Assembly: GCA_963924565.1 (NCBI GenBank)
Contig: OZ004608.1
Coordinates: 29,946,001 to 30,010,000 of the forward strand
Direction of reading: 5' to 3'
Origin: Ascidiella aspersa
Lineage: Eukaryota
Length of the DNA stretch: 64,000 nucleotides
Shown here: one piece after another, positions 12,501-25,400 of the stretch
Numbering within the stretch: the first letter of the stretch is position 1
Layout of the letters: every line of letters begins with the position of its first letter
Made by a program: the position numbers and the translations under genes
The notes under the pieces: generated by a model
What the model was told of the DNA's origin: nothing
Databases searched by the model: none
What the model saw: only the letters and a program-made list of their open reading frames with translations

Positions 12501-13674
12501 GGCTGGATGTTGTAACTAGTTGTAGGAATAATATTAAAGCACATACAAAAGTAGGGACCATTATTACCTCAGCAGTGAGAAAATTAGATACAATTACAGT
12601 ATAAATAAAATACATGTAACTTACTGCTAGATTCGTTTGACATGTTTAAGTTTCTTTTGACAACGTCACGACTTTAATCTCAATATAGCTTTACAGTTTA
12701 AGTTAAGTTAGGCAATTGTATTTACGGCATTCGAGAGAAAGTTGGATTTCTCGGCTTGTTGTTTGTGTTTTGTTGGCTGTTTTAAACTGTTTTCAAGTTT
12801 TAAAAATCATTTGCTATAGTCGCTAAGATAAATATATTTGTAACAGTGTATGAAAAGCTTTCATTAAAGGAACTGTTCAGTTCGGTAATCGAATCATGCT
12901 GGTTGAAAACTAGAACGATTTTCCAAAATATAGCATGCTTCACAAATCAAGTAAAAAAAATCTTTTCTGCTTTGAATTTAGCCAAGTTTAGGCTACCCTT
13001 CACATCAAAGTATGTAAATATAAAAGTGGGTGCGTTTATTTTGTTAGATTTGCTTAAAAATTTGCATAGATAAAATTGGCAAATTAAACTAAAGGTTATT
13101 TTTTTGAAAACAAACCAATCTTGATAAATAAAGATTTTACCCCGCTTACCTCAGACGTTGTTCTCATGCATAAAACATCGCCTATAAATACTGTTGTTGA
13201 ATAACTCGAACAAAATGCAAATAAATCGCTGGTATTTGGTTTAGACTGGAACAACTTTCATTTTCAAACGAGTGGTGGTCACGACGTTGACCCAATAAAC
13301 AATTGCGCAAAGCAAGGTAGAGTAGTGAGTACAGTGCCAATCTTATTTAATAGTTTGATAAACTTTATTTGTTTCCCTTTTTAGAAGATTTGTGAAGTTG
13401 GTCTTATCCCCATTATTTACCCCTCTTTGGGTTTTGACCAATATGATTGAATTGAAAAATAACAATTTCGCAAAGGCAAAGGCATTTCTGCTTATTTTCA
13501 GACGTGGTCCCAGGCCTTAACCCGGGCGAAGCGCTGGTTGCCGAGGAGCGACTTTTCCCGCCAATTCCCGTTTCCATGCTGGACGCGTCGCGTGGCAACA
13601 ACGTCGGCGGCGTCGGCCAGCAGGGGTCGTCTCAGGCCTCCAACCAGGGGCCGCCCCTCACCCCCAAAGAGTGA
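3592..13674 (+). CDS. NFI: Nuclear factor I (NFI/CTF) transcription factor, 3' part (DNA-binding exons lie upstream of the window). Exons 3592-3663, 4259-4394, 5383-5513, 9424-9522, 10652-10720, 11383-11537, 12217-12400, 13502-13674
   Basis: The GT-AG exons join in phase. The product reads FKTSGVFGVHEIYRVAKAPI...SLESPSYY...NKRLKS...EAFY...YHPNQDLKDFAQFAC, colinear with vertebrate NFI motifs ([53 protein letters not shown]). The last two exons are less certain. Confidence 0.85.
4909..5310 (-). mobile_element. Non-autonomous DNA transposon (MITE), CAGTGTTGTAA-ended, GACTTG-rich family
   Basis: Ends are CAGTGATGTAA...TTATAACACTG. Flanks gaatttgt/gaaattgc match at 6 of 8 positions (decayed TSD). 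Contains an internal perfect 38-bp inverted repeat. Confidence 0.55.
5605..6163 (+). mobile_element. MITE of the same family as 4909-5310, in opposite orientation
   Basis: Ends are CAGTGTTGTAA...TTACAACATTG. Segment 6136-6163 is the near reverse complement of 4909-4936. The interior is CAAGTC-rich. Confidence 0.55.
7512..8605. repeat. Tandem array of ~9 copies of a 122-bp unit in an NFI intron
   Basis: GAGTTCC recurs at 7536, 7657, 7779, 7901, 8023, 8145, 8267, 8389 and 8510. Units are near-identical and most contain a HindIII site (AAGCTT). Confidence 0.97.
9582..9923 (+). mobile_element. tRNA-containing retroposon (SINE-like), longest copy in the window
   Basis: A 12-bp TSD TAGCCCTATTTT lies at 9570-9581 and 9924-9935. 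A tRNA-like cloverleaf is internal. The 3' body is shared with the copy at 11202-11325 and ends (GT)n-CTTTCA. Confidence 0.8.
9678..9752 (+). ncRNA. tRNA-like cloverleaf with A and B boxes inside the retroposon; anticodon arm non-canonical
   Basis: Acceptor stem GCCTGCA/TGCAGGC, D stem GCTC/GAGC with loop AGTTGGTA, T stem GTGAG/CTCAC with loop TTCGAAC. The anticodon arm is 2 nt too long (CGGTC-CCGGCTT-GACCG) and lacks U33. TTTTT follows at 9758-9762. Confidence 0.7.
10003..10558. mobile_element. hAT (Charlie-like) MITE
   Basis: TIRs CAGGGGTTCTCAACCT / AGGTTAAGAAAGGCTG. Perfect 8-bp TSD TTTTAGAA at 9995-10002 and 10559-10566. Confidence 0.85.
11202..11325 (+). mobile_element. 5'-truncated copy of the 9582-9923 retroposon
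   Basis: Aligns to ~9808-9923 (TGGCTTTCAGTGTACTA..TGATACGGAAGCCGTAAT..GGCTAGATCACAG..GTGTGTCTTTCA). An 8-bp TSD TATTTTCG lies at 11194-11201 and 11326-11333. Confidence 0.8.
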
Positions 13675-13965
13675 CCCCATTTCTAACCCCGACACACCCC
13701 GACCCCTTATATGTACCCAAAGCCCGCTCTGTATCCAAAACCAGGAGTTATTGGGAACTGAAAATTAGCTAGATGACGTCAGAAGTGGAACTTGTCGTCT
13801 CTTGAGTAAAAAATGGACACGACTGCAAGTGGACAAATCCTCACAGTGGTCGTTGTCCGGTCATATACTGGGCCTTCCCCGTTTTGCGTTGTTTCGGGTT
13901 TGTTCCTTTCGCCGAGATCAGCACGTTTTTTGTTGCCCGACCTGTACATGAAGTTCGTATCCCGT

Positions 13966-14055
13966 GGTCTAGGGGTGTCCGATAAAGTATTTTTAAGTCT
14001 ACGGCGACTGGCGGTCTAGGGGTGTCCGATAAAGTGTTTTAAGGTATACGACGAC
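13966..14055. repeat. Two-copy direct repeat, period 47 bp
   Basis: GGTCTAGGGGTGTCCGATAAAGT occurs at 13966 and 14013. Confidence 0.8.
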
Positions 14056-17000
14056 AGCCGATGATTTGATACCACACCCACAATTACTTAGTCATTTTTT
14101 TAAAGCGTTATTTTCTGACAAGAGAAGCCTATATCGACTGTATTGAGTCGTAACTGTCTTCTTTCAAGAGACCTATTTTTAGAATCTTAAACAACGATAT
14201 TTTACGACTAAAGTTATGCTTTCGGTAGAATTGCCGCTTTTAAAAAAATCTCGACGACTAAAATATTAGGTATCGGTTCTGTGCCAATATAAAAAGTATG
14301 TTTTCAATGAAATAGTGATTTTTTTTCTATGAAACGAGTTTGCTGGAAAAACCTGAAAGGCTACAGTTACGCTGGTACACATCGTACGAGAACCTTAATA
14401 CGGTAATCAGCTTGTATCCTACATTACCGGACATCCCTACGCCAACGGTCCTTGTTCGCATCCCGAAGGCCCTTCGCTTCCGTTCGGGTCCGTTCGCGTT
14501 TGTTCGCGCCGTTTCGCCGCGATCCTTGTCGTTACCTCGTCACCGAGCTGAAGCACGCGCCGCTCGACTTTGCCCGCCGATCGTCGACCTCACTTGACCC
14601 TTGTCTCCTCAGCACAGCACCTTTGTATACTTCTATCTACTTGCAACCGGCGCCGAACGATCGATTATGTTACCTCACTCTTGGCGAACGCTGCTCGAAA
14701 ACGCGCTTTGCTGGCCTGCTGAACGCTTGCTAAAGAAAACGCGCTCCTAAAGCTCGGAATCCGCATTTTTGATGACTTTTGACGCTTTTCGTAGTGCGCG
14801 CGCGTGTGTGTTTTTGCAGTGTTGTGATTTCTTCGTTATTTTCAGTTTCGCTCGCTCGCCAAAGTTCCAGCATCTTGTCCCTGATAGTTCTGGCGTCGCA
14901 GTTCGGCTATTGTCCGGTCGGCGCACCCACAAAAGTTCCAAAGGTAGCGGGTTCGAAACCCGCCAGTTGCGCGGTCACCTAAGTTCCCTTTCTTCCGTTT
15001 GTTTTGCCTGTCAAGCGCAACAACATTACGATGACTGTTTTAGTTCATGTTTAGCCTATGCTTTCGCGTTTTTTGTGCGACTTCGAGGTCGAACCCAATA
15101 AAAAATTTACTGATGTCACGATGACAAAAATCTGTGACGTCACAAGTGTTGCGTAATCGACTATGATTTGTCCTCGAGACATAACAAAACTTCGACGCGC
15201 CAAGACTTACGCAAGTGTTTCGTATCCGCTGCAACGTGCAATTGACCGGTGAACAGGAAATGACGTCAGCGTTTGTGACGTTTTTGATGACGTGTCACCT
15301 CCCGGTTTCCATTTCTTCCTTCACGCCGAAGGCCTGTGAATAATCGCGTGTGTACAAGAAGCAAAAACCTTTTAAGCGCCGCTTTCTCTAAATGTTTCTC
15401 GCCTCTTTTAACTTTGCATTCGTCAGTGTATTTATTCTATCTTTTGCCAGGAAATTCGCTTTGCCGGATCAGCATACGCAAAGCGGCTGGCGGTCTGAAA
15501 AAAGTGATTTTAAAGTTCGCCGTAAGTTAATATTTTTCTAACGCGAACAAAGCGTTATCTAAATTGAGGAATTGATTCGTTTTGTTCCTTAGCCTAGAAT
15601 GAAGCAAAATCGACCAACTCGAAAGTTGGACAAAACTTTTGCCTTGAACAACATTGCTTTAGGTGTAAGTTCGACTGTCCTAAAAAGTCCGTCGAACAAT
15701 TCAGAGGCCTGATCTGCGTTTACCTTTTCTGTTTGTTTTCCCGTTGCAATTTCGCCGTGTCCGAGAAACAGTGGCGTTTTCACTTTTCTGCCAAGAGTTC
15801 AACTCTCTAAATTTTAAACAAACTGACTTCCGTTTTAGTTCTAAACTTGACGTGTTACAAACTATCAGCGAACCTTTTTGCCACCGACTGCTAAAAACAA
15901 CCCGTTTTCAAATTATCTGTTTCTGCCAGTATTCTATTTGTTTAAGTATTGCTCCTCCTATACAGGCCTTTATTAATTTCATGTTCAAGCTAAAATCTGA
16001 ACGGTTTTCGCACGAAATAACCCTTTTCGTTGGTATACCAAGCTCTTTGCGCTTAACTTAAAGCCTAAAATTCATTCAATGCAAGTTTTACTGGTTTTCT
16101 TTCGCCGCAAAGTCTTTGTTTTTTAAACTATAGCGTGTTGTTCAACTTTGCGATTTTCTTAAAAGTTCAATGGCTGTCAGTTGATCGCTTTATCTATTTG
16201 AGTTCCGCCTGATTTGTACAACTTTGGACTGTCTTGGTCCGTTGTCAGTTCCAGTCTTGAAAGCCACGAAGAACAATTTCCTGCAACACCAAGAGATATC
16301 AATTACAGTCACCATCAGTAAGAAAGAAATATCCTTGGCTAACTTTTGACTCTTTTGTTTCACAACTGTCAACAGCCCCTATTTGAAATGCTGTGCAAAT
16401 ATCCTCGACAACAGCTGTGTCGATATCTTTTTGGTGTCAAGCAAAAGGTGTAACACGCCAACTTATTGCAGAACTCCTGGTTCACCATTTTTGCAATAAG
16501 AGCGAAAAACGCTGCCGCTCAAAAAGTGTGTTAGTGACGAAAATACAGTTGAAGAGCAGATTTAAAATCAGTAGTAATATAACGTAAAACAAATATCGTC
16601 TTCATGTTCATTCAGCGTAACATTCATCGAATTATACTCTACAATACATTGCAACAGCTAGTTCGATTAAACTCAATATATTAATCACTGACTGAATGCT
16701 TGACTAGTCTGTAGACATTTTAAAGTGGAAAGTTGTCTTGACAAAACTATTTTCATTTATTGTTTTAATGTTTTCTTGTTTTCACACTCATTCGTTTCTT
16801 TTCGTTCGTTTTCTTGCGAAATAAAGTTGACTATGAAAGGTGAAGAACTATCACGTGGTTTGGTGCCAGGCTTAAAGCGTTTAATCCATTTAAAAATATT
16901 TTAGGTTTGGCGGGTGTAGCTGTATTTTGCTATCTATGTAGGTAATCTAAAACAGAATATGAAACCTATATAAAAAAGGGACGTCTAAGAATATGAAATA

Positions 17001-19440
17001 CATGTGTAGGAAGTTATGCCCTTTTAAGCAGTGGTTCCTCACTGGAGACTATTTAAAAAATAATAAATTTTAAGCCTAATAAAATTGTCATGCCCCAATG
17101 CCTATATCAACCTGTCACCTTTATCAGGATTTTTTTTTTATCAGGATGATGTCGATTTACTCCCACCTTTAGGTTAAACAATTCATTATCAAGCTACCTT
17201 TCATATTCGTGCATAGTGTACCTAACTTGTATAATTTATTTGTTTTAAACTTCTATCTCAAAATAAGTTTTAAACGAAATAAGCCTAAATTATTTAGTAA
17301 TAGATATATATGCAATTTTGAACCCTTTAAAAACTGTTACTACCAGAGTTATTTTAAGTAACGTTTTATAGTTTTTTAAAGGGCTTAAACAATAAACTTA
17401 AGCACACAACATTTAAATACCTTTTTCTTATGTCTTAAAATGTGTTACATAGTTTTAAAAATTTATTTTAGTTTGAAGTATAGTTCGTCAGTAAGATTAA
17501 TTAAACAAGTTCCGAAGCTTTCAGGACTAAAAACTAAAAAAAATAACGCTATACTGGACACACACATTGCGTAAACCGCAAAGATTTTTTTATAATTCTA
17601 CCTTAATATGGTAAACATTTATACTATGCTCTCTGTTCTAAGAAAACACTACATGTATTATACTGTAGGTCCTTCACGTAACAACTCTTTTTGGCAGAAC
17701 ATTAGTATTAGACGTTTCGAAAAACGTGTACGGTTTAATAGGATTCATGTTCGAAAATAAAAAAAGTGGTAGTGCTTATAATTTCATTTGTAAAACCTTT
17801 TGCCACATTATCAAAAAGAAAGCTTGTCAAATAATTGCTAAAGCCCAGCAAAAATGAAAACATACACGCTCGCTTTTTTAGGAGGCGGCATAACAACTTT
17901 TTAAACGCGTTTCTTTGTAGAAAAGTTTTTATCAAACGCTTTGTACCACGGCTACACTACAAAGACTGTGCTCATGTTAACTGTCGCGGCGACTTAAGAA
18001 AATGTTTTTTTGCGCAAAAAACTCTTTGTGGTCGACAGTACGACACAATATTTTCTATTTATAGCATAATAACCCAGTTAGATTATAACAGTTGTCCCAT
18101 CGCGCAAATGAATAGCTAACGGCATTTGGTTCACACAAAAGACTCGAAAACTATAGACAACACTAATATACGTGCAGGTAAAAACGGGGGGTGAGTGTGA
18201 CGTAACAATGTGCTCATTGTGATGTGACAGAAAAGGTGCCGAGGCAGAAATCTCTGAACAGTGGACAAAAAAAAACTGACACCAACGTGTGGACACTAAG
18301 AAATTCACAACAAAAGTTAAACGCATTTATGATTGCCACACATTAAAAACATGACGATATTTGTAACGCCGTGACGAATGGCTTTATACACATCAAACTG
18401 GTGGAAAGTCAGTGACTATACAAACGTATGATGAACAAAATGGATATATTTTACCACTAAACGTTCTACATCGACAAGATAAACACAAGTTAGGTGGTGA
18501 AGTAATGATTAGTTTCAAGCAACACAAAAAACAAGCTTCTAAGCAACAAAATAAAGCACGTCAATGGAAGAGCAACTCAAGACAAACACGAATTAAAGCG
18601 TGATTTTATTACGTCCTACAATTTAGACTGTGATTCATTTATAAACCTACAGAAAACAAAAACTATTGAAAGCATTTATAAAATTATATTTGCCGCAAAC
18701 TTATTGCGTTTCTACGTAAGCAGTGCATTACAATGATAAAAACAAGCACCGCGTATACTCACTTTATAAATCCCGAATCAGCGACAAAACACAAAAATGC
18801 ACTTAAAAAAAATAGCGAGCGGAAACTGCACTACAGTAATACAGCACAATGTGAATTAAATGCATCCTAAAATTGAGTTACACAATGAGATAAAACAGCA
18901 GGACTCAAAAAGCCAGCTTCGCGAAAAGCTGCTTACAAGTTTGGACAACTATGTAGATAAGGATTGAAACGGTTTCAATCCCAATTGGTTAAAAACGTGT
19001 ACAGCAATAGCAGTCGTGCATGTGTGTTTGTTACGGGGTTGTAGTTGGTAGAAAAAAACAGTTGAAATTTTTGACCACAGTTTCGTGATGTCACAGTTGA
19101 TTGGCGTTGCATAATATACAAAGTCCTAGTGATGGGTTTATTGAAAGCGGTTGTTACAATCTGTAAATGAAATAAAAACAGACGGATTAGTTAAGAGTTT
19201 AAATCCTAATTGTGATAACGATGTCCAGAAATAAGGTTGTTTATCTGGGGCGGTGAATAAAGTCATGCATTCAAAAGTTTTTGTCATTCTTAAACCACTT
19301 TGCTATACCTTTGGGAGTATTGAACCTTTTTATTTGGTTACATTCGTATTTAGCCAAGTATAACACGCGTACTTAGCATGCTAAGTAACCTTAAAAAAAC
19401 ACTACTAAAACATGGATATGAATATTAAAAGTCAGATATT

Positions 19441-22400
19441 TTACCTGAAATTCCTGAGCCGCTGTATGGCGCCAGTGAGCAGGGCTTGTTTCCTGGGAGG
19501 GTCGGAGGATAGCTTTGGTCCCCCGTTGGGATAGTGCGCCTTGTAGATGTCGGGGTACGACTTTTGAAACTGTAGAGACAAAACACCGTCAAGCAATGCA
19601 CTTCAAATAAATTAAGTACACTTATATTTTGCAAACAAAACGCAAACAAAGTTAAAGAGTTATATTTTTGCCAGGTGCAAAGTTTTAATGCAACAATATT
19701 TTGTATCAACATTAAGAATAAATTTTGTAAAATCTCCTTATTTTAATAAATGCTGTAATAAAAGTGACACGAGTGCAAAATCCAAGTACTTAAAACTGAA
19801 GCGTTTTTTTTTTTATTTTAAAAATCTTTGACTTTTGGCCAAACCCTTCGTTTCTTTTTTGCGCTTAAACAAAATGCGTCGGATATGGCAGAACATTACG
19901 GGGGCGGAAAAAAAAATAGGCGGAAAAAAACAGTTGCATTGAAAATTTAGTACCTTTCCAGGATACCCGAAATATATTTAAAAGCCTATGAGAATTTTTG
20001 TCAAAAAAACTTTTTACGAACCTGTTTCAGTCGTTTCTTCTTCTCTTTGTGGGAAACGTTTCGGTCGTCGACTATCGTCTGCAGGAGTTCAGACAATGCC
20101 GACCTCAGTGTGGACTGACTGTGGTTGGCGTACTCGTCGCTGGTGACCTGACACAAAAAGGACGCCGCATTAAATGGGGTCGTTCAAGAGTAACGACAAT
20201 TTTTTTCGCGCAAATTGACACTCGAATCGGCGTTTGGTTGTATTATAATTTTATTATAGCAAACGAGAACTGAAGTATAAATTTGACGCGTTGTTTACAT
20301 TTTTTGTTTTAAAATATTTGGAAAAAGTCTAGCGGTGAATTAATTCCTATAATAATCACAATTTTTGCAATTAGCTTTTACTATTGCGCAGTCAATATAA
20401 TGCAAAACTTTTCTGTATCCCCAAGCAAGCAAGAGATAGTACAGCAAGTTTCTAAAAAAAAAAAAAATTGGGGGGCTTAACATCGCGAGGGATGGGGCTG
20501 TCCGATGTTTGCATTTCAAATAGACACTAATTAAATCTTTATAACGTTTTGCGCGAATATTAAAACACTGCTATTTTATGTATTGGAATTTTCCGTATGT
20601 CACGACCTGCATAAAGTGTATGGAACGAGAGAATGATAAAAAACGTGAATTTTAGAAATAGGTATAAAAATTGTCTAGGTTGTACGCATTTAATAAATGC
20701 ATTCAGCGCAAAAAAAATAAAAAAAAGTGATGAGTAACCTGTTTGCAAAACGTGAACTGCCGCGTCAGCTTTCTGGGTTTCGGCGCCGGGGCTTTTTTGG
20801 CCTCCTGGGCCGTCTTGGCGCCGGCGGCCACCTCGGCCGCCAGTTTTTCGGGCACGCTCATCAACAGACCGGCGTGGTCGAGCATAAAGCAGAAGACACG
20901 CTCCGACAATTTTCCGCTGACGTCATTAACTGATGACGTCGACGAAGGTCTGATGACGCAACGTCGAAACTTCTGGATTATCTGCGTGAATTTTAAGGGT
21001 TAAAATGTTTTTGGGCAGGCGAACAAATAACATTTTCCAAATAATATAATAAAAAACGTTACTTTTTTGCAAATATTGGTTTACTTTACCAAAATTTTGT
21101 CGAGCTTATCATTTTAACCTGTTTTAAAACTAATCGCTAGAAAAATATTAAACATATTAATTTTTTTCTGCGTGTCTATACTCCCGAATCGCTTAACTAC
21201 AGAACAAAACAGGTGAAATATTCTCCGGAATTATGAGCAAAACTAACGAGTTTAAAATCTTCACGTATGACATTTCATCGTCAAATAATTCATTGCAAAA
21301 TAATCATGTTCTAATCTATAAGTTTGGTCATTTTTCAATTATCAAATTTATCACAACAGTTTAAACCTACCAGCGATCGTAGCGAGAGATGTTTGTCGAA
21401 GGTGATCAAGTTCGGGTTTCTCAGCATCTTGGACAACAGCCGAAGCAGCAAGTGCAGTTTCCTGCGATGCGATTTTTGATTAAATAAATCAGTTTCTCAT
21501 TTTTTTGATTGCAGCCTATGGTGAAAGTTGCAGCTATACAATCTTAAAGTTCTGTTGCAAATTCATTTACCTGGAATTGAAGCAAATATTTACTCCTTGA
21601 AGTGTCTATTTTATCATCTTATTGTTGGAAAACATTATTTTTCAATTTTGTCGATACTTAATTTTATTTACGTTGCACATAAGTTTACGAAGGCATTAAC
21701 ACTTGCAGCGTGTGCTTTAAACGTCCCTCTATATTTGCAACACACATCGTCCCGGCTTGACCAGAGGACGTGAGTTCGAATCTTACCGCAGGCTAGTTGT
21801 TTTCTAGCCTGGCCTTGTTTGCACTACAAGTGTACTATATATTGGTGCCATTATCGTTAGACACATTGTGTATAAGTATGTTAGACACATTGTGTATAAG
21901 TATGTTTCAGAAGACACATTTGTGTATAAGAGAAAACACATTTTGTGTATAAGTATGTTTCAGTTACATTTCAACAAATCATCATTTTCAGTTTAAAGCT
22001 GGAGATTTACCTTCTGTTGGGCGGAGGAAGAAGTAGAAGGCACAACTGGAAGGCTTCGCTCGAATGAGGGCGGGTCGATGTCTGGGCGTCTCCTGCACAA
22101 GTTACCAAATCAGGCGATAATTCGACAAAACCGAAAGCAAGCATACGCGCCGCCACCTCAATATGTGTGATTGTCTTGCGTTTATTGGCAAAGTGTAAAA
22201 TAACATCATAAATCTTTAGCGAAATAATTGTTATATAGATCGTTACATCATTAATGCATTTGAATCAATTTCGAAGGTTAATCTAACGAAATGCACAAAG
22301 AATCACGCGTTTTATGAAGGAAGAAAACAGACCTATTTAACAACGACGTTAAAAGATAATAAAAATAAAACACTTACCAGGTGAAAAAGTTAAAAAAAAT

Positions 22401-25400
22401 TGTCTTATTTATTTCAATATTAAATATCGTCGTTTTTATAAGTAAATCAACGTTTTTTTTTATATATATTGAGATAAGCAATGTTTTTAGGTTCAGTATA
22501 ACTTTTGCTTAATTTATAAAAGTCAGTTTAGGTTTGTAACAAATTTTAAATTTACGTTAAGTCATTTTTTAGTTTTTCTAACCAATTGCGACTCGTTGTT
22601 TTCGCGCCAAATCAAGGGCTGCGCTTAGTGGCGATTGCGGCTCTTCTTGCGCCTGATTGGCCAACGCGCCCGGGCGGCCTTTGTGACGTAACAAGGGCGT
22701 GGTGGGGTCGGATGAGTTGCTCGATGGTGAGGGAGCAAGTTGGGAGGGTCGGACGGGAATTTGGGGGTGCAGACTGCTGTAAGATCTGAGGGGGTAAATA
22801 GAAATCAGTCTTTAAGCTCAAAGTAAAAAAAATATACTTTGAACAACTTTTTTTTGGCAGTAAACTTTGTATTTAAAGAAATAAAAAAAAACTAAAAATG
22901 TTTGCAAACAAATGTGTGGCGAAATAGTTATATTTACATAATATTAAGCGTTCGTTAGTGACTTAAATTTGGTACAGAAATTAAAAAAAAACTATTAGTT
23001 TTTCTTATAGAACGCGAAAAATGTAAAAACAAATGTTAGTGCAAACAAGCGAACCATTTCGTCTAACCTAAAAATTTGCTAAAAATTTCAAACCCTACTT
23101 TACAAAACTACAACAACCAAATCAACATTCATCAAAAAAATATACATTTCTAGATTGAATCACTCAAAAATAAAAGTTAAACAAAGCGTAGGACATTATT
23201 AGTCACAAAAGTCAATAAAACCATTGGAAATCATTTTTCCCAAACAAGCCGTACCGACTAAGCCTTTGGAATTTGCTTTCGACTTCCTTTATCGACGGAG
23301 CTTTCCCAATAAAGGAATGCTCTGTGGAGCCAGCCGACACATAAGGGAGCCTTGTGATCCTGCTTCTTATCTGGTGGGCCGCTTGGGGGTCCGGTTTGGT
23401 TCCGGGGGGAGGGACCTCCCGACGCTCGATGATGTCCGACTTGGGGCGGACACGGCGCTGCGGCACCGCATTTATGACGTCACTGTTTGCGAGCGGCTTT
23501 CTGTGGCGGTATTTGACCTCTGTGAACGAAAGGAGTTAACCTTTAAGGCCAAACAGAAAGGCAAATAAGAGATTGCACGATTACAGATGTTATAAGTTAA
23601 ATGTTTGGAAATAAGGTGACACAGTTGAGCCATAAGAAGTTCACTTTATGACATTTTACTATATGCTATTTTATAGTGATCTGGTTACTCCCGGAAGTAC
23701 AAGCCAAGAAAATTAACAATTTTTTTTAAATAAACAATGCTGTCTACTAGTTGCTACTTCCTATGTATAATTTTAAACGTAATGTTAACACAGTATTAAC
23801 GTTTTTAAGGTAGACTTATTTTTATGGTTTGTCAGTCACATAAGATAAACCACAATTTATGCTTTAAATCTACGGATGCTATGTTTTGAATATAATTTCT
23901 AATATTTAGAGCAGGCCTGCGAGTTCGGTAGAAACTACCCCAGTCCCGAATCCGGTTCCCGATTCTACAGCCTGTATTCACCAGTTAATGGAACTAAAAT
24001 GGGCTGGGGATATTGAGCAATTCACTCATAGGAGGGTGATATAATTCACCTATACCCACAATACATGATTTCAAAATATTTCACCAAATCCTTTTCCACC
24101 TTTACAATTCACAGTTTGCGGCCTTATCACTTTCGAAATTGCGCATGGGAACGTCGAACTCGGGACTAGGGTAGTTTTCGTATACTTCAGGGGTGGGCAA
24201 ACTGCGGCATGCGAGCCGCATGCGGCTCTCCGGCATGTTTTTTGTGGCCCTTCTAGTTGAATCGTAAAATTTCAAAAAAAATGTAAAAGTTACCAAGAGT
24301 ACCGTTTATAAACGTTTTTTCTTCTTTTATTTATTTAGGCCAGCATTTCGTTTATGACGTAACACTAGACATACAGTCCGAAGAGTTAGTTAACAAATAA
24401 TAAATATCGTTTATGACGTAATACTAGACAGTCCGAAGAGTTAGTTAACTGATATTAATAAATACTGTGCGTGTTATTTGCTATTACCGTTATTACCGCG
24501 TTGTTAGATTACAATTCTGTTATTATTGCGGCTGGCCTTGCATTATTTACCTTTTTTGTATTATATTAATTTTGAGGCTCTTTGGTGCTTTTATTTTCTG
24601 CAAATGGCTCTTCCATTAAATACATTTGCCCTCCCCTGGTATACTCGAATCCCAAAGTTCCTAATACGAATCCAGCAAAATAAACGGACTCTGTCGATTT
24701 TCGTGTCACGAGTCCGACCCCGTAGCCCTGCTTTAAACCATCACTTCAATGTTCAATCGCTTACAAAGCGAGCTGGCGACTTTACCTTGAGCGCGAACAG
24801 AGTAAACTCTCTGCACAGTGATGGGCGACAACTTCTTCATGAAGCGAGGAAGACTCTTGTAACCTCCGGCCGCTCCGTTCATCCTGTTGTACATCTCGAA
24901 CGCCGACTCTCGCCTCCCGTCATCCGAGGATACAGGAGGAGTCCTCCGGGACATGATTTCCATATAGGGATCGCATCTTTCGCTCTCAGGAGGAGATTCA
25001 GTATCGATTAGGTCCTCACAACTGGCGCTGACGATCTCGTCGTCATAGTAACCGGAAGAGCGATGCTGAACTCCGGACTTGTTCTTCTTCTGGAGGAAAG
25101 AAGAAGGAATGGCTTCCTTTTCTGTGTAAGAAGGAGGCGGGATAACGTCATCCCTCGGATCGGACGGAGGAAGATTTTCGTCGTCCGCCATCAGATCGAG
25201 TTCCAGCTCCTTCCTCATTGTGTGGCTCATGTTGAGTAGAAGGTTCTCCACAGAGGAGTAAATTACATCCTCTTCATCTGTTAATGTATGCCTATGGTTA
25301 ATCGTGGAAAGCTTTGTGAAATGCATAATGGGTAATGAGCGGTTTAATAAATTGCCTAAAATAATAGGATACAAAATGGCGTGTTAGGCTAAATCAAATA

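Noticed and set aside
14340-16372. Separate protein-coding gene in the short ORFs after NFI
   Set aside because: The ORFs are short, overlap on both strands, lack domains and form no consistent exon chain. The region is more likely 3' UTR.
24526-25011. 161-aa plus-strand ORF
   Set aside because: It is antisense to a DEPDC1 exon and starts inside a MITE, with no recognisable domain.
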